Below, one piece after another: positions 11,437-24,440 of a stretch of 64,000 nt of DNA. Source of the DNA: Octopus vulgaris. Its lineage: Eukaryota. The notes beneath the pieces were generated by a model. That model saw only the letters and a program-made list of their open reading frames with translations, was not told the origin of the DNA and did no database searches. How positions within the stretch are numbered: position 1 is the first letter of the stretch; each line of letters begins with the position of its first letter. The DNA lies in assembly GCA_951406725.2 (NCBI GenBank), contig OX597830.1, positions 54,374,001 through 54,438,000 of the forward strand, read 5' to 3'. The translations under genes and the position numbers were made by a program.

Positions 11437-12336
11437 TTAATTTAGTTCAGTAGTTAATTCATCTGATTCAGGATTTCTCGATTTTTTACACTTTCCTGAA
11501 CATAATTTCCGAATACTTTGTTGTATAGTGGCATCAAAAAGCAACAAAAATGGTACCACTACAAACCTTATCATATTTAATAAAACGGGTAAATAATAAA
11601 CAGGGTTTTCTATATTCGAATAAATTGCAATCGAAATAACAATTTCTCCGATACAAGAGAGTATGATGAATGTCACGACAATGATCAAAGTTATTAATCG
11701 TGATTTTATATTCTCACGCTCTTTAGCTTTCACTGCGACGTAAATGAATAGACCTACAGACACCAACATCGCAATAATATACAAAATTACTGTGCCAGAA
11801 TAGATCCAGAGGGAAACGAAATGTAAGAAAACAGCACAGTGTTCGCTTTCGTATCCCGAGCCCGCTAGAAGCAGTAATAGGTCTTCGATCCAGATAAAAG
11901 CCCACAAAACAATTGTTAATATGATCTGGATATATAGAAAACTTTCACTTTCATATTTGCTTGGTTTAAAGTATTTCACAATAAAATCACAGCAAATAGG
12001 AAGTATGAAATACAGAGTACCGTCGTTAGTAACGGAAGTTAGTATAATAATAAATAAGCAGGTAGACTGAGGTAAATCTGTATATATATGAATATGCACG
12101 TTGTGGAAATAAAAGAACAAGGCAAAGAGTGTGTAGTTAAACATATAGTTCAGTAATAAGAAAGCGCGTGTTTTTTCATAGGCTTTACGATCTAGGAAAA
12201 TGGCTGTTGTTAACAATGCACTGAGCAGGAATATTACAATGGCCGCAACAGACGAAGCTATATTCATCCAGGAAAATGAAATGATTTCGACGGTTGTGCT
12301 ACCGTTCATATAGTCATATATTTGATCACCTTCCAT
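11437..12336 (-). CDS. Orphan class A (rhodopsin-like) 7TM GPCR, 299 aa, single coding exon (GPCR-1)
   Basis: Intact non-repetitive ORF with seven hydrophobic segments, N-terminal NGS sequon, Cys3.25 plus ECL2 Cys, D3.49 24 residues after Cys3.25, KP in ICL2, helix-8-like IQQSIRKL; paralogous to the 18247 and 63047 ORFs. Confidence 0.9.
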   Translation of the reverse strand: MEGDQIYDYMNGSTTVEIISFSWMNIASSVAAIVIFLLSALLTTAIFLDRKAYEKTRAFLLLNYMFNYTLFALFFYFHNVHIHIYTDLPQSTCLFIIILTSVTNDGTLYFILPICCDFIVKYFKPSKYESESFLYIQIILTIVLWAFIWIEDLLLLLAGSGYESEHCAVFLHFVSLWIYSGTVILYIIAMLVSVGLFIYVAVKAKERENIKSRLITLIIVVTFIILSCIGEIVISIAIYSNIENPVYYLPVLLNMIRFVVVPFLLLFDATIQQSIRKLCSGKCKKSRNPESDELTTELN

Positions 12337-12363
12337 GTTGCGTTGGCCAGAATTACTTCAAAC

Positions 12364-12380
12364 CTGAAAAAGAGAAAGAT
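12364..12380 (-). promoter_or_regulatory. 3' splice acceptor in the GPCR-1 5'UTR
   Basis: TCTTTCTCTTTTTCAG|GTTTG, 27 nt upstream of the ATG. Confidence 0.7.
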
Positions 12381-12947
12381 TTCAATGAAAAAATGTATGA
12401 AATCATTTACTTAAGAGATGTATTCTATTTCAGTTACGAGATTCAATTTCACTTCCTAGTTAGGAGATTTTGAGCGTGGCTTTTAGTGTTCCATATAACT
12501 TATAGACATAAGATCTTTATTATTTTTTTCACATCCCTCCTTTCCTAAATCCCTGTTAAAATATTATTTAGCGATTTCAGTGAAATAAAAAGTATTTCTA
12601 TTAGATTCAAAACTCTGTTTCCAGTGACTGTGGATGGAGCAGTTCCAGTTGTGCATCTAGTTTGCTACAGATATGTTGATCTTCAAAAATGTATGTTCTC
12701 CAATCCGTTATATTTCTGAATCGTGGTGGCGTGTTTATTGAAAACGAGAAGCATCGAATCCCAAATGGAAGACAAAATAATAAAACTGAACATAGCTATA
12801 TAACTTCGAGTCAGATCAGATTTAGTCGTGAATATCTCGTCTTTTTGAGTACTATATCTAGGACTCCATTATTCATTTATCGTTGAGAGAGTAAATATAG
12901 TTACTATCAACATCAGCGATGAAAATTTTACAGATATATGTATATGC

Positions 12948-12948
12948 A

Positions 12949-13029
<81 letters not shown>

Positions 13030-13030
13030 C

Positions 13031-13111
<81 letters not shown>
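12948..13111. repeat. Compound microsatellite (TATC)n-(TA)n-(TG)n
   Basis: Seen directly. Confidence 0.95.
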
Positions 13112-13114
<3 letters not shown>

Positions 13115-13666
13115 CAACGGCAGCATTCGTCCTATTTTCCTGGACTGCCATGTTAGCTTGGCGATAACTATTAATATCCATTACCGCTGCCGTAGTCTCC
13201 TTTAGAGAGATTTAGAAATATTAATATTTCTATTTATACATATATAAATATATGTATATATGTATGTATTGATTGATTCGCCAGAAGCGATAAATTACAG
13301 GATTCTATACAAATGTACAGTATTATTTAACACATTATAACTGTAAGTTATAATGTGTTCGCGGGTGTTTATTTTGCATGTGCCCATGCTTGCGCACACA
13401 CGCATAAATACACATATATACACCGCGTTATGTCAGCTGAACGTACGTGCGTGCATTCAACTGACAAAAAGATAGTGGGAAGAAGGCAGCGAGCTGGCAG
13501 AAACGTTAGCACACCGTTGTGGAGAAAAAAATTGGAGGCAATAGAGAGAGAGAGAAATTTTCTGCGTTTAGCGAAGCGGTGTCAACTTTAAGGTTGTATT
13601 CTGTGAAATTTATAGTTTAGCGTCTGTTTATTGTAGGTTCCTAAATAAACAGAAATACCTAATTTT

Positions 13667-14062
13667 AAGGCGGCGAGCTGGCAGAAACGTTAGCGCGCCG
13701 GGCAAAATGCTTAGCGGTATTTCGTCTGCCGCTACGTTCTAAGTTCAAATTCCGCCGAGGTCGACTTTGCCTTCCATCCTTTCGGGGTCGATTAAATAAG
13801 TACCAGTTATGCACTGGGGTTGATATAATCGACTTAATCCGTTTGTCTGTCCTTGATTAGCCCCTTGTGGGTAGTAAAGAAATAGGTATTTCGCCTGTCA
13901 CTATGTTCTGAGCTCAAATTTCGTCGAGGTCAACTTTGCACTCATCCTTTCGGGGGAGGGGGTACATAAAGTAAGTACCAGTTACGCACTGGGTCGATGT
14001 AATCGACTAGCCCCCCCCTCCTTTACAATTTCAGGCCTTGTGCCTATAGTAGAAAAGATTAT
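13667..14062 (+). mobile_element. SINE family B with duplicated body, ending in the GGCCTTGTGCCTATAGTAGAAA tail
   Basis: Head GGCGGCGAGCTGGCAGAAACG; second body restarts at ~13885. Confidence 0.85.
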
Positions 14063-14107
14063 ATCAAGAGCTTATATTCAAAAACACATTTCATTATATC
14101 AAAGGAT

Positions 14108-14347
14108 CAAACGTTCTTTCCGAGCCATGGGCTCATAAAGCCGGTTTCCCGGATTCTGTGGCGCATATATTCCTGCCTTGAACGGGACGTCAGTCCGTCG
14201 GAGGGTTGTTCATTTTTGCCCGTTGAACCGACTGGAAGAAAGTGAAATGAAGTATTTTGCTCAAGAACACCATGCATCGCCTGGTCCAGAAATCAAAACT
14301 CAAATCATGAGTACAGTACCCTAACCACTAAGCCACTCACCTCCACA
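14108..14347 (-). mobile_element. SINE family E (CORE-like centre) with tail type 2
   Basis: Minus strand GTGGCTTAGTGGTTAGGG...GTGTTCTTGAGCAAAATACTTCATTTC...GCGCCACAGAATCCGGGAAACCGG. Confidence 0.75.
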
Positions 14348-14429
14348 TATTCCACTGGATACAAATGCGTAAATTTAACTTCTCATTTCACAATATACAA
14401 GTATGTGTACTATACAACCCATTTTATTA

Positions 14430-14992
14430 ATGGGTTGAGGAATAATTCATGAGCGTTTTTTGTTTTCAAATTTAAAAATCCACGAATAAATAAAACGCAT
14501 TGGCAAAATGTTTTACGTGATTTAAAAGAGAATTTTTTGCTCTGCAAGATAGTGTGTTCTGATTTATTTGAATTTATTGATTTTTGTGTATTTTCAGATA
14601 ATTGAAATGGAATGTCAAGTGGACAAAATTGAATATTTTCGACAGCATTTGTCTTTTTTTGCATTTGATCGAGGTATTAAGGCCGCCGAAGCTGTTCATG
14701 AGATTTGTGCTGTATAGGGAAGAGCAGTGCCACAAAGTACCGCTCACCGTTGGTTTTCGCGCTTCAAAAATGGGAATTTTGACCGCGAGGGCGGATCACA
14801 CACTGGTATGCCAATTGAGTTCGATGAAGAGCGATTGAATCAACTTCTTCACGAAAATCCACATCAAACGACCAGAGAATTGGCGGAGCAGATGGATTGT
14901 GATAAAAAAAACCCCCAAAAACTAGTGAACCACCTTCACCCAATAAATTTGAAAAAAAAAAAAAAACGCTCATGAATCATTCCTCAACCCAA
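14430..14992 (+). mobile_element. Internally deleted mariner (Mos1-like) transposon
   Basis: TIRs TGGGTTGAGGAATAATTCATGAGCGTTTTT / AAAAACGCTCATGAATCATTCCTCAACCCA, TA flanks; frameshifted N-terminal HTH region MECQVDKIEYFRQH...AAEAVHEICAVY...STAHRWFSRFKNGNFD...TTRELAEQM; catalytic domain absent. Confidence 0.9.
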
Positions 14993-15334
14993 TATGTACC
15001 AATGTGTATATTTGACAAACAAATCATGGCGCAAGTGATTCCATATTTTTGTTTGAGGCAACGAAATGTATAAGCAATAAAAATATGATCTGTTGTAGTG
15101 TAGAGGGGTAAGTCAGTAGTTGATATGACGTCAGTGACGTAAAACGAATATTCGAAAAAGAGTAAATGTATTGGATTTAGAAAAAAGAATACCGTTGGGC
15201 GCATCCAAAAATGAACCAGTCCACCGACCCACCTCGATTAAAATATGGCATAACTTGGATTCTTGGAGAAGGAACAGAAACATTTGCCTGACATTGAAAG
15301 TTTAAAGAAGAATGGTTAAAATAAATATTTTTTA

Positions 15335-15908
15335 TATTTCAATTGTTTCAGTCATTAGACTGCGGCCATGCTGGGGGAGCGTCTTGGAAAATTATTTAGT
15401 CGAGAGAATCGATCCTAGTATTTATTTTTTAAAGCTTGGTACTTATTCTATCGATCTCTTGCCGAATCACTAGTTTACAGGGACGTAAAACACATGCATC
15501 GGGTGTTAATTGGTGGTAGTGGACAAACACAGGCAGAAATACACACACGTATGCACGCCCCCTACACACACCAACACACACACTCAAACTCACACTCACA
15601 CCCGTGCACACACACACACACCCGTGCACACATACACACCCGTGCACACACACACACCCGTGCACACACACACACCCGTGCACACACACACACACACACC
15701 CGTGCACACACACACACACACACCCGTGCACACACACACATATACGACAGGCTTCCTTTAAATTTCGTCGACCAAATCCACTCACAAGGGTTTGGTCGGC
15801 CTGAGGCTATAGTAAAAGACAATTGCCCAAGGTTCCACGCAGTGGGACTGAACCCGGAACCATGTGGTTGGTAAGCAAGCTGCTTATCATACATCCATGC
15901 CTGCACCT
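15335..15908 (-). mobile_element. SINE family C whose internal microsatellite has become a CCCGTG(CA)n minisatellite
   Basis: Reverse complement of the 6194 family; CCCGTGCACA units at 15601-15740. Confidence 0.85.
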
Positions 15909-16479
15909 ATAACAAAAAAATAATGGAACGAACAAAAAAAAAAACAAAACAAAAACAAGAACAAACATACAAACCAGACGCCATTTTTATTGCATTTTAT
16001 TTTTGCTTAATGGTATATAGAAATATATAAGTGTTATATAGAAATATAAGTGTACATTCGTATTCTTTCATTATTCCACTTCTTTTAGTTATTGGACTGC
16101 GACCATACTTTGGCACCGCATCGATGCCAGTACTCATTTTAAATCTGTTAGTTATTCTATGGTTCTCGTTTTACCGAAATGCTAATTTACGGGTATGTGA
16201 ACGAAAGTACCCCGGTTGCCATGCAATGACGGCGGTGCAAACATGAACACAAAGGCGTGCGTGCTCGGGCATATACACACATACACACACACAGGCGCGC
16301 GCACTCACACTTACTAAAGCACATACATATTTTTTTACAAACTTGATACCCAACTAATAAATGTATTTGTATTCATCTAATATATTCTAATACGTTGGAA
16401 TAAATAGACATACTGGAATGTTTACCGGCTGATGCCTGTCCATTGTCCATTTTGTATCGTCATCACTTTCTTATTTGCT

Positions 16480-16563
<84 letters not shown>

Positions 16564-16651
16564 TATATTTATCGGTAGGAACTTTTACCAAAGTAGTTTT
16601 ACGAAACTACTTGGTAATGATTATTAATTTTAAAAATTAATAATTATTTAC

Positions 16652-16688
<37 letters not shown>

Positions 16689-17309
16689 GTAGTCATTAGT
16701 ACAACATTTGAAAGGAAAAGAGAAGGGTTTTTATACGTACATATACATCTACATAGAGGTCTATTTACATACATACGCATATACATGCATGTATAAACAT
16801 ACATGCACATATATATACATACGTATATACATACGTGCGGCGTTTGAATATATATTTATTTTCTATCCGAGAGTGGTACACAGCTGTAAAATAACTAATG
16901 AATAAAAACGGATCGAAACACTTGGTCTGTGGAAATGCAAAAGAAATTAACCATTCTGTCGTTTTCTGTGGAGGATGTTGCAGGATATTACAATGGGATC
17001 TTCTAATGAAGTATTTTGCTGTTAAACAGTACAATATATTTTGCAAAGCTATCTGCAGGAAAGACTATCTACACACATACACACACACGTACACACAGAC
17101 ATACAGATACATATATTTCAGGAAGTTAGAAGTTATGGTCAGTCATTGAGTGACCATTGGCTTCGCACCCATAAAGTGCTTAGCACAATTGACGACTCGT
17201 CAGATTCAGTCTTTAACATCCTATAAAATATATTACTGCTTTAGAGCATGCTTCTTTTTCGGATATATAAAACAGTGACGATATATATATATAAAGAGAG
17301 AGAGTTTAC

Positions 17310-17485
17310 GAAAAAAAAAATGACGAAGACAGGTGGTGTACAAAACAAACAGATGTATTAGTATAACGCTCAGGAATAGAAAAAGTCTTTTACGTTTCGA
17401 GCCGACGCTCTTCTACAAAAAGGGACACAGAAAAAACAAGGAGAGAAGAAAAATGTGTGTAGTGGCTAACGATCTATCATGGCAC
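17310..17485 (-). mobile_element. Short Penelope-like terminal-repeat remnant with a degenerate minimal hammerhead motif
   Basis: Minus strand CTTT-TTGTAGA-A-GAGC(GTCG)GCTC-GAA-ACGT-A-AAAG at 17387-17422. Confidence 0.5.
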
Positions 17486-18246
17486 ACATACATACATAAA
17501 ATATTCTGTTGAAGCTGAAATACTTCACATAACATTTTTATAGTCTTATCTCACCATCTTAGCATCTCGATAGAATACTAATTCACTCTACCTTTGGTAT
17601 TCGAATTCTAATTTCTCTACATTCTTTTGAGCCTGTGTGCTCACATGTATCCTTGTGAGTGTGTGCATATGTGTAAAATATTTCTATTGTTTATTACCTA
17701 AAAAGCCCGATATAGTTATTTTGGACAGTAAAGAAAAGTTATAGATATTTGATACCCCCCAAATGTGAACATTTGCTTCAAAGCCAGTGAGAAAGAGAAT
17801 ATTTTGAGACAAATGCTTCGAATCTTATATATTTTTTTAAAGCATGTTATGCTTTTACATTTCAATCTCAAATTGTTTGTGCGTTGTCACAAATTCCCAA
17901 TTTTTATGCACGTAAAATGAGGGTTTTCGGTTAAAACAGTGACCAGGTAATACCCATACTGGCGAATATAATCTGTAAACGAGACAGTAAATGTATGCAA
18001 GACTTTCTTAAAATTCAACAGGTATATCTTGGCCGTTGTTGTTCCTATAAATTCTGACTGGGGTTCGTTTATCTGTTTGGAACACATTCGATTTTTATTG
18101 GAAAAATTCAAATAGTTATAAAGGCAGGAGAGTATACATACGTATGTAGGTACAAACAAACAAACAAAGATACATACATACATACATAAAAACACACATA
18201 TATATATATATAAACACATACATGCATAAATAAATGTTTAAAATGT

Positions 18247-19194
18247 TTAAGATTCCTTTTCTCGCGGAGTTAACTCGATATCTTCTTTTGTATCTTCTTG
18301 TTTCGCATTTCCTTTCGTCATTTTTTTCCATATACTCTGTCGTATTGAGGAATCACAGAGCCAGAAAAACGGTAACAATACACTGGCTATCATGTATATA
18401 AAGTCAACAAGGTTGTACAAATTCATCAGTTGAGAGTGAATATACACAAACATAACAATAGATGCTGATATGGAAACCACGTCAAGAACTGTCAGGAACA
18501 AAGCTATGGTTGTTTGTGCTGCCAGAGTGTTGAATGTCAGCGTTAAGGGCTCTTCTCGTTTAGCCGCTATATATAGCTGGAGAATGACACAAATGATCAG
18601 TAAACAGTCAAAGAATATAGCAAACCCGATCTGGTACCATATAAGGGAGACATGAATATAAAGAAGGCAGAAATTTGAATCTTTTTCTGACGTTCCTGAG
18701 TGGATTGAAATTGTTTGGGTGAAGAGAATACCCCAAAGAACAGCAAGAAAAATTGCCTGAAAGGAGAGAAATTTTTGTTTCTCGTGTAGTTTCGGCTTAA
18801 AATATTGCACTATAACATCAATACAGATCGGAAGTATGAAACAGCGTGTTCCATCTTTAAACACGGTATACATGATATGGATGAAAACGCAGCTACTGTG
18901 CGACATCTTTTCATAGATGTGAATATGAACATTGTAAAAATAATAGAACAATCCAAAGAAGGTGTAGTTAAGTAAATAATTCAGCAATGGCAACGAATAG
19001 CATTTCCTGTAAGCCTTTCTGTCTTGGTTTACGACACACAAGAGAAATCCGTTAAAAAGGAACATAATAGTGGCACAAACACAAGCAACCGCGTCCTTCC
19101 AAAAATATGATATCTCCTGAAATTCGGCTTCAGTAAAATTCATACTAGTGTTGCTAAAGTTTCCAGATTCAAAAACAAATGACAGGTTTTCCAT
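18247..19194 (-). CDS. Orphan class A 7TM GPCR, 315 aa, single coding exon (GPCR-2)
   Basis: First ATG at 19194 in AAAATGG context (the track's 19227 start is TTG); four N-terminal sequons; blocks LLNY..NYT.F.LF.YF.NVHIHIY and DGT..FILPIC.D.IV.YFKP shared with GPCR-1. Confidence 0.9.
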   Translation of the reverse strand: MENLSFVFESGNFSNTSMNFTEAEFQEISYFWKDAVACVCATIMFLFNGFLLCVVNQDRKAYRKCYSLPLLNYLLNYTFFGLFYYFYNVHIHIYEKMSHSSCVFIHIMYTVFKDGTRCFILPICIDVIVQYFKPKLHEKQKFLSFQAIFLAVLWGILFTQTISIHSGTSEKDSNFCLLYIHVSLIWYQIGFAIFFDCLLIICVILQLYIAAKREEPLTLTFNTLAAQTTIALFLTVLDVVSISASIVMFVYIHSQLMNLYNLVDFIYMIASVLLPFFWLCDSSIRQSIWKKMTKGNAKQEDTKEDIELTPREKES

Positions 19195-19365
19195 TTTGTT
19201 AATTCTTTTACTAAATAAAACAAACAATTACAAAAAACGTGCTTACCGAAGGGCAGTTTTCAGGTCTGAAAGAAAAATAAATATTTGTTAAATAAAATAT
19301 CTTAAAACCATTGAAATATCAACAAATATCAACAAAATGTGCAGCAGTTCATTCCATATGTTACC

Positions 19366-19600
19366 TATTTCTTTATTACCCACAAGGGGCTAAACATAGA
19401 GGAGACAAACAAGGACAGACATAGGTATTAAGTCGATTACATCGACCCCAGTGCTTAACTGGTACTTAATTTATCGACCCCGAAAGGATGAAAGGCAAAG
19501 TCGACCTCGGCGGAATTTGAACTCAGAACGTAGCGGCAGACGAAATACCGCTAAGTATTTCGCCCGGCGTGCTAACGATTCTGCCAGCTCGCCGCCTTCA
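19366..19600 (-). mobile_element. SINE family B with a probable 14-bp TSD
   Basis: TTCCATATGTTACC at 19352-19365 and 19606-19619. Confidence 0.88.
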
Positions 19601-20021
19601 AAAGTTTCCATATGTTACCACTCAATTAATAGACACTTTGAGGTCAATATGAATATGAATACGATTGTTTTGAACCTGCAAAATGGAAATCTTTAGCGTC
19701 TTCAGTTTCATGAAATATATTCTGTTTTATGGGATTAATCACTCATTACACATACGTGTTTGGAGTTAAATATTCGTAAATATGTAAACTGAAATTGTAA
19801 GATGTTCTTCTGGTTCCAGGTTAAACATCTTTTTGGTGCTATGTTAAGTTAGTATTAACATATTTAAATACAGTTTGGCTTCAGAATCCCAGAAGAACTA
19901 AAATATGCTGCGAGAACATAAATACGTTATTAACCAATGATTTAAACTTGAAATGTAAAACGTACTTAACTACATATTGCAGGATATGTAATCTGACATT
20001 CATATATCTATTGGTCATTTC

Positions 20022-20341
20022 ATGTATGTATGTATGTATGTATGTATGTATGTATGTATGTATGTATGTATGTATGTATGTATGATGTATGTATGTATGT
20101 ATGTATGTACAGAAAGCTATAATTTTCTTTCTGTGGGTAAATTTCATATTGGTATCATAAACCCAACGCAATTGTAATCATGTGCTGAGCACTTTCAATA
20201 AAACATATGTAATTATACACATACATACACACATACACGTATATATACATACATATATATACACACATACATATATGCACATACATACATACATACATAC
20301 ATGCATGCATACATACATACATACATACATACATACATACA

Positions 20342-20377
<36 letters not shown>

Positions 20378-20435
20378 CATACATACATACATGCATGCAT
20401 GCATGCATACATACATACATACATACATACATACA

Positions 20436-20507
<72 letters not shown>
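20022..20507. repeat. (TATG)n, (CATA)n and (TA)n microsatellite block
   Basis: Seen directly. Confidence 0.95.
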
Positions 20508-20513
<6 letters not shown>

Positions 20514-21653
20514 GTCTTGGGAGAGTCATTCTCTTTTAGTGCCTTATTATTTAACACACTCACTGGTAAAGTTTCGACTCATTTACTTATTTATTGTTCT
20601 TAAAATTTTCGCTGCGTCTTGCAACCTTTTCAATAGTCGTTGACTCTGTTTATTATCCGAGCTGCGTTCTTTTTGTTTGTTTGTGCGTATGTGTGTGGGT
20701 CAGCGAGTGTGTGTGCATACACATGTATGTAGGTATGTATGTATGTAACCATGCATGCTTGCATGTAAATGTGTGTATGCATGTATGTGTGTGTGCATAT
20801 GTACATATGTATGTATGTGTGTACGTTTGCATGTATGTATTCTGCATATTCATAAGCTTGCGTGTTCATGTTTGTGTGCTTTTATAAGTGTTTCTATGTT
20901 TGCAAGTGTGTAGTTTGTACCTCTGTCTCCTTGTGTGTGCATGTCCGTGTGTGTCTGTGTATGGATTTTTTGTGACTATGTACTGTCTGTATGTATGGAC
21001 GTGTGTCTACATATGTGTCCCTTACTTTACTCTACCAGCATGCCAAGGACCAATATGGAAGCAACCTGGGGCAACTTGATATCCGTATTTTATCCAAGCA
21101 CCCAAGGGACCCAACCCTCAGACAAATACAAGAGAACGTTATCATAAATAAAATATCCCCAGTAGTAAAGAGGAAATATACGTAGTAGGTAATCATACCC
21201 CTATACACACAGTTTATATTTATATACAGGTAGAATAGTTAGTGGGCTATTATGTAGATGTATGTATGTACGTGTGTGTGTGTGTGTGTATATATGTATA
21301 CACATACGTATATGTATGTGCACATGCATGTACGTAAATGGATATGCATGTAAACAGATAGACATACAAACGAATAGGTACATAGGTAATATGAACAGAC
21401 AAGCACAAGCACACATACACACATACATACGCAAATGAAGACTGAAACACGTGACCATACACACACACACTTCACTTCACACAAGGGCACATATGGAGAC
21501 ACACACCCATACGTACAGACGCAGTACATAGTCACAAAAAAACCCATACACAAGCACATTCAGACATGCACACATAAGGAAACAGAGACACACACACACA
21601 CAAGCACATGAATATACAGAATGAATGCATACAAATGTACACACACACATACA

Positions 21654-21722
<69 letters not shown>

Positions 21723-22005
21723 GCGCGCACACACACACATACATACATATATACATACACACATTCATGCCTGCATGCATACATACATGCGTTTATATGC
21801 GCATACCCACTGAACCACACACATACGCACAAACAAACAAAAAGAACGCATCTCGGATAATAAACAGAGTCAACGACTATTGAAAAAGTTGCAAGACGCA
21901 GCGAAAATTTTAGGAACAATAAATAAGTAAATGAGTGGAAACCTTACCAGTGAGTGTGTTAAATAATAAGGCACTAAAAGAGAATGACTCTCCCCAGACA
22001 CAACA
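20508..22005. repeat. ~1.5-kb inverted duplication (arms ~20508-21023 and ~21483-22005), termini TGTTG...CAACA
   Basis: Arms match both in the terminal repeat and in adjoining sequence (e.g. TTTTTTGTGACTATGTACTG / CAGTACATAGTCACAAAAAA). Confidence 0.85.
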
Positions 22006-22151
22006 ATATATGCTTCAATACACGAACTCACATAAAAGAATCTTGAAAACCAAATCCCAAACTGAAGTGTGTGTATATATATATATATATATATGATAAA
22101 GAATTATTAGCATTATTAAATATAATAATGATAATGATGATGATGATGATG

Positions 22152-22212
<61 letters not shown>

Positions 22213-22238
22213 TGATGATGATGATGATGATGACTGTT

Positions 22239-22496
22239 AATTAACAGCTATTGCCAAGCTAATATGGCAGTCCATAAATTAGCTCCAAGAGGCCATCACC
22301 TCTAGCTCGCTATATGACACACGAACCTGTGTCCATTATAACCTTTGAACAGGGGAGGCCAGCCACTTCCTCTTGCTGGTCAGGCATCTGCAGACATGTT
22401 TCAGGGTATTTGCCCTTTATCAATGCAGAGTAGCCAAACCCAGCTTTAGTCTTATATTTATGGACTGCCATATTAGCTTGGCGATAACTGTTAATT
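22239..22496. mobile_element. MITE with ~41-bp TIRs
   Basis: AATTAACAGCTATTGCCAAGCTAATATGGCAGTCCATAAAT ... ATTTATGGACTGCCATATTAGCTTGGCGATAACTGTTAATT; solo end copy at ~13141-13176. Confidence 0.8.
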
Positions 22497-22511
22497 TTCA
22501 TATATATATAT

Positions 22512-23020
<509 letters not shown>

Positions 23021-23099
23021 TATTATATATATATATATATATATATTCTATAAATATACTATATATATATATATGTATGTATGTATGTATGTATATATC

Positions 23100-23760
23100 A
23101 TATGCTCTTCCTTCGGGCGACTCCCTAGTGTCATCGAACAACACCAGAGACCTTGGTGATAACAATCTAAGATGGAATTTCCACGTAAAGAGCAAGGCTG
23201 ACTTGGATCGCAAGATGTGCTCCTGGATTCTGAGAATTTTCAGGTCTAGAGATGCCCACACCATCATCCTTCTCTACTCTACTTTTGCCTGACCCCATCT
23301 TGAGTACTGTTGCCCACTGTGGGCTCCCGATACGAAGCAACTCATTATGAAAGCGGAAACACTCAACAGGTCAATAACAAGCAATAACGGCATGAGAGGC
23401 TTTGATTATTGGGGTCGACTAAAAAACTCAGTCTCTACTCTCTCCAACGCCGCTACATCATTTGTGTGAAGTGGAAAATATTCCATCAATATAGCATAGG
23501 TGATGCATAGGTGATGCATAGGTGATGTTGGCATCAATTTTAAAATTCATCCAAGACTTGGCCCCTGTGCTATGTGCCCAGTACAAAAATCGAACTCAGG
23601 ACACATAACAACATTATGTCACAAGTACTTTAACTCAACCGGTCCAGCTCTCTTTGATACCATACCAAAATATGTCAAAACGGAAACGGATCCCATAAAA
23701 TTCAAAAGTTCAGTGGACAAATTTCTTCATAAAATCCCTGCCTATACTGACCGAAGCCTA
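23100..23760 (+). mobile_element. CR1/L2-group LINE ORF2 C-terminal pseudogene fragment
   Basis: TRDLG..NLRWNFHV...WILRIFRSRDAHTIILLYSTFA*PHLEYCCPLWAP, the LY...PxLEYC..W.P signature of CR1-like ORF2. Confidence 0.85.
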
Positions 23761-23910
23761 TTAAAGTTATCAAAGTTATATATATATATATATATTATAT
23801 ACATATATATTAAAATATTATATATATATATATGTATTATATATATATGCGTGTGTGTGTATGCATATATATATTATATATATCATATTATATATATATA
23901 TTATATATGT

Positions 23911-24220
23911 AGAGGCGCAATGGCCCAGTGGTTAGGGCAGCGGACTCGCGGTCGGAGGATCGCAGTTTCGATTCCCAGACCGGGCGTTGTCTATGTTTAT
24001 TGAGTGAAAACGCTTAAAGCTCCACGAGGTTCCGGCAGCGGGTGGTGGCGACCCCTGTTGTACTCTCTCGCCCAAACTTTCTCTACACTCTCTTCTTGTT
24101 TCTTGAGTAACGCTGCGATGGACTGGCGTCCCGTCCAGCTGCAGGGAACACATACGCCACAGAAACCGGGAAACCGGGCCCATGAGCCTGGTTCGGCTTG
24201 AAAAGGGCGCATAAATAAAT
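23911..24220 (+). mobile_element. SINE family A with tail type 2
   Basis: Head nearly identical to 3019; tail GCGATGGACTGGCGTCCCGTCCAG...CAGAAACCGGGAAACCGGG. Confidence 0.88.
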
Positions 24221-24332
24221 AGAAATATTATATATATATATATATATATGATATATATATAAATAATATATAATATATATAGATGTGTATATATATATAT
24301 ATATATAAATACGTTTATATATTTATATATAC

Positions 24333-24440
<108 letters not shown>

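Noticed and set aside
15601-15740. Regularly spaced CCCGTGCACA repeats resembling a CRISPR array
   Set aside because: Spacers are just (CA)n, the array lies inside a SINE, the context is eukaryotic and there are no cas genes.
19195-19227. 11-aa N-terminal extension of GPCR-2 in the ORF track
   Set aside because: Starts at TTG and overlaps a polypyrimidine tract/acceptor; the ATG at 19194 has good context.
23494-23527. (GCATAGGTGAT)x3
   Set aside because: Local slippage inside a dead CR1-like fragment.
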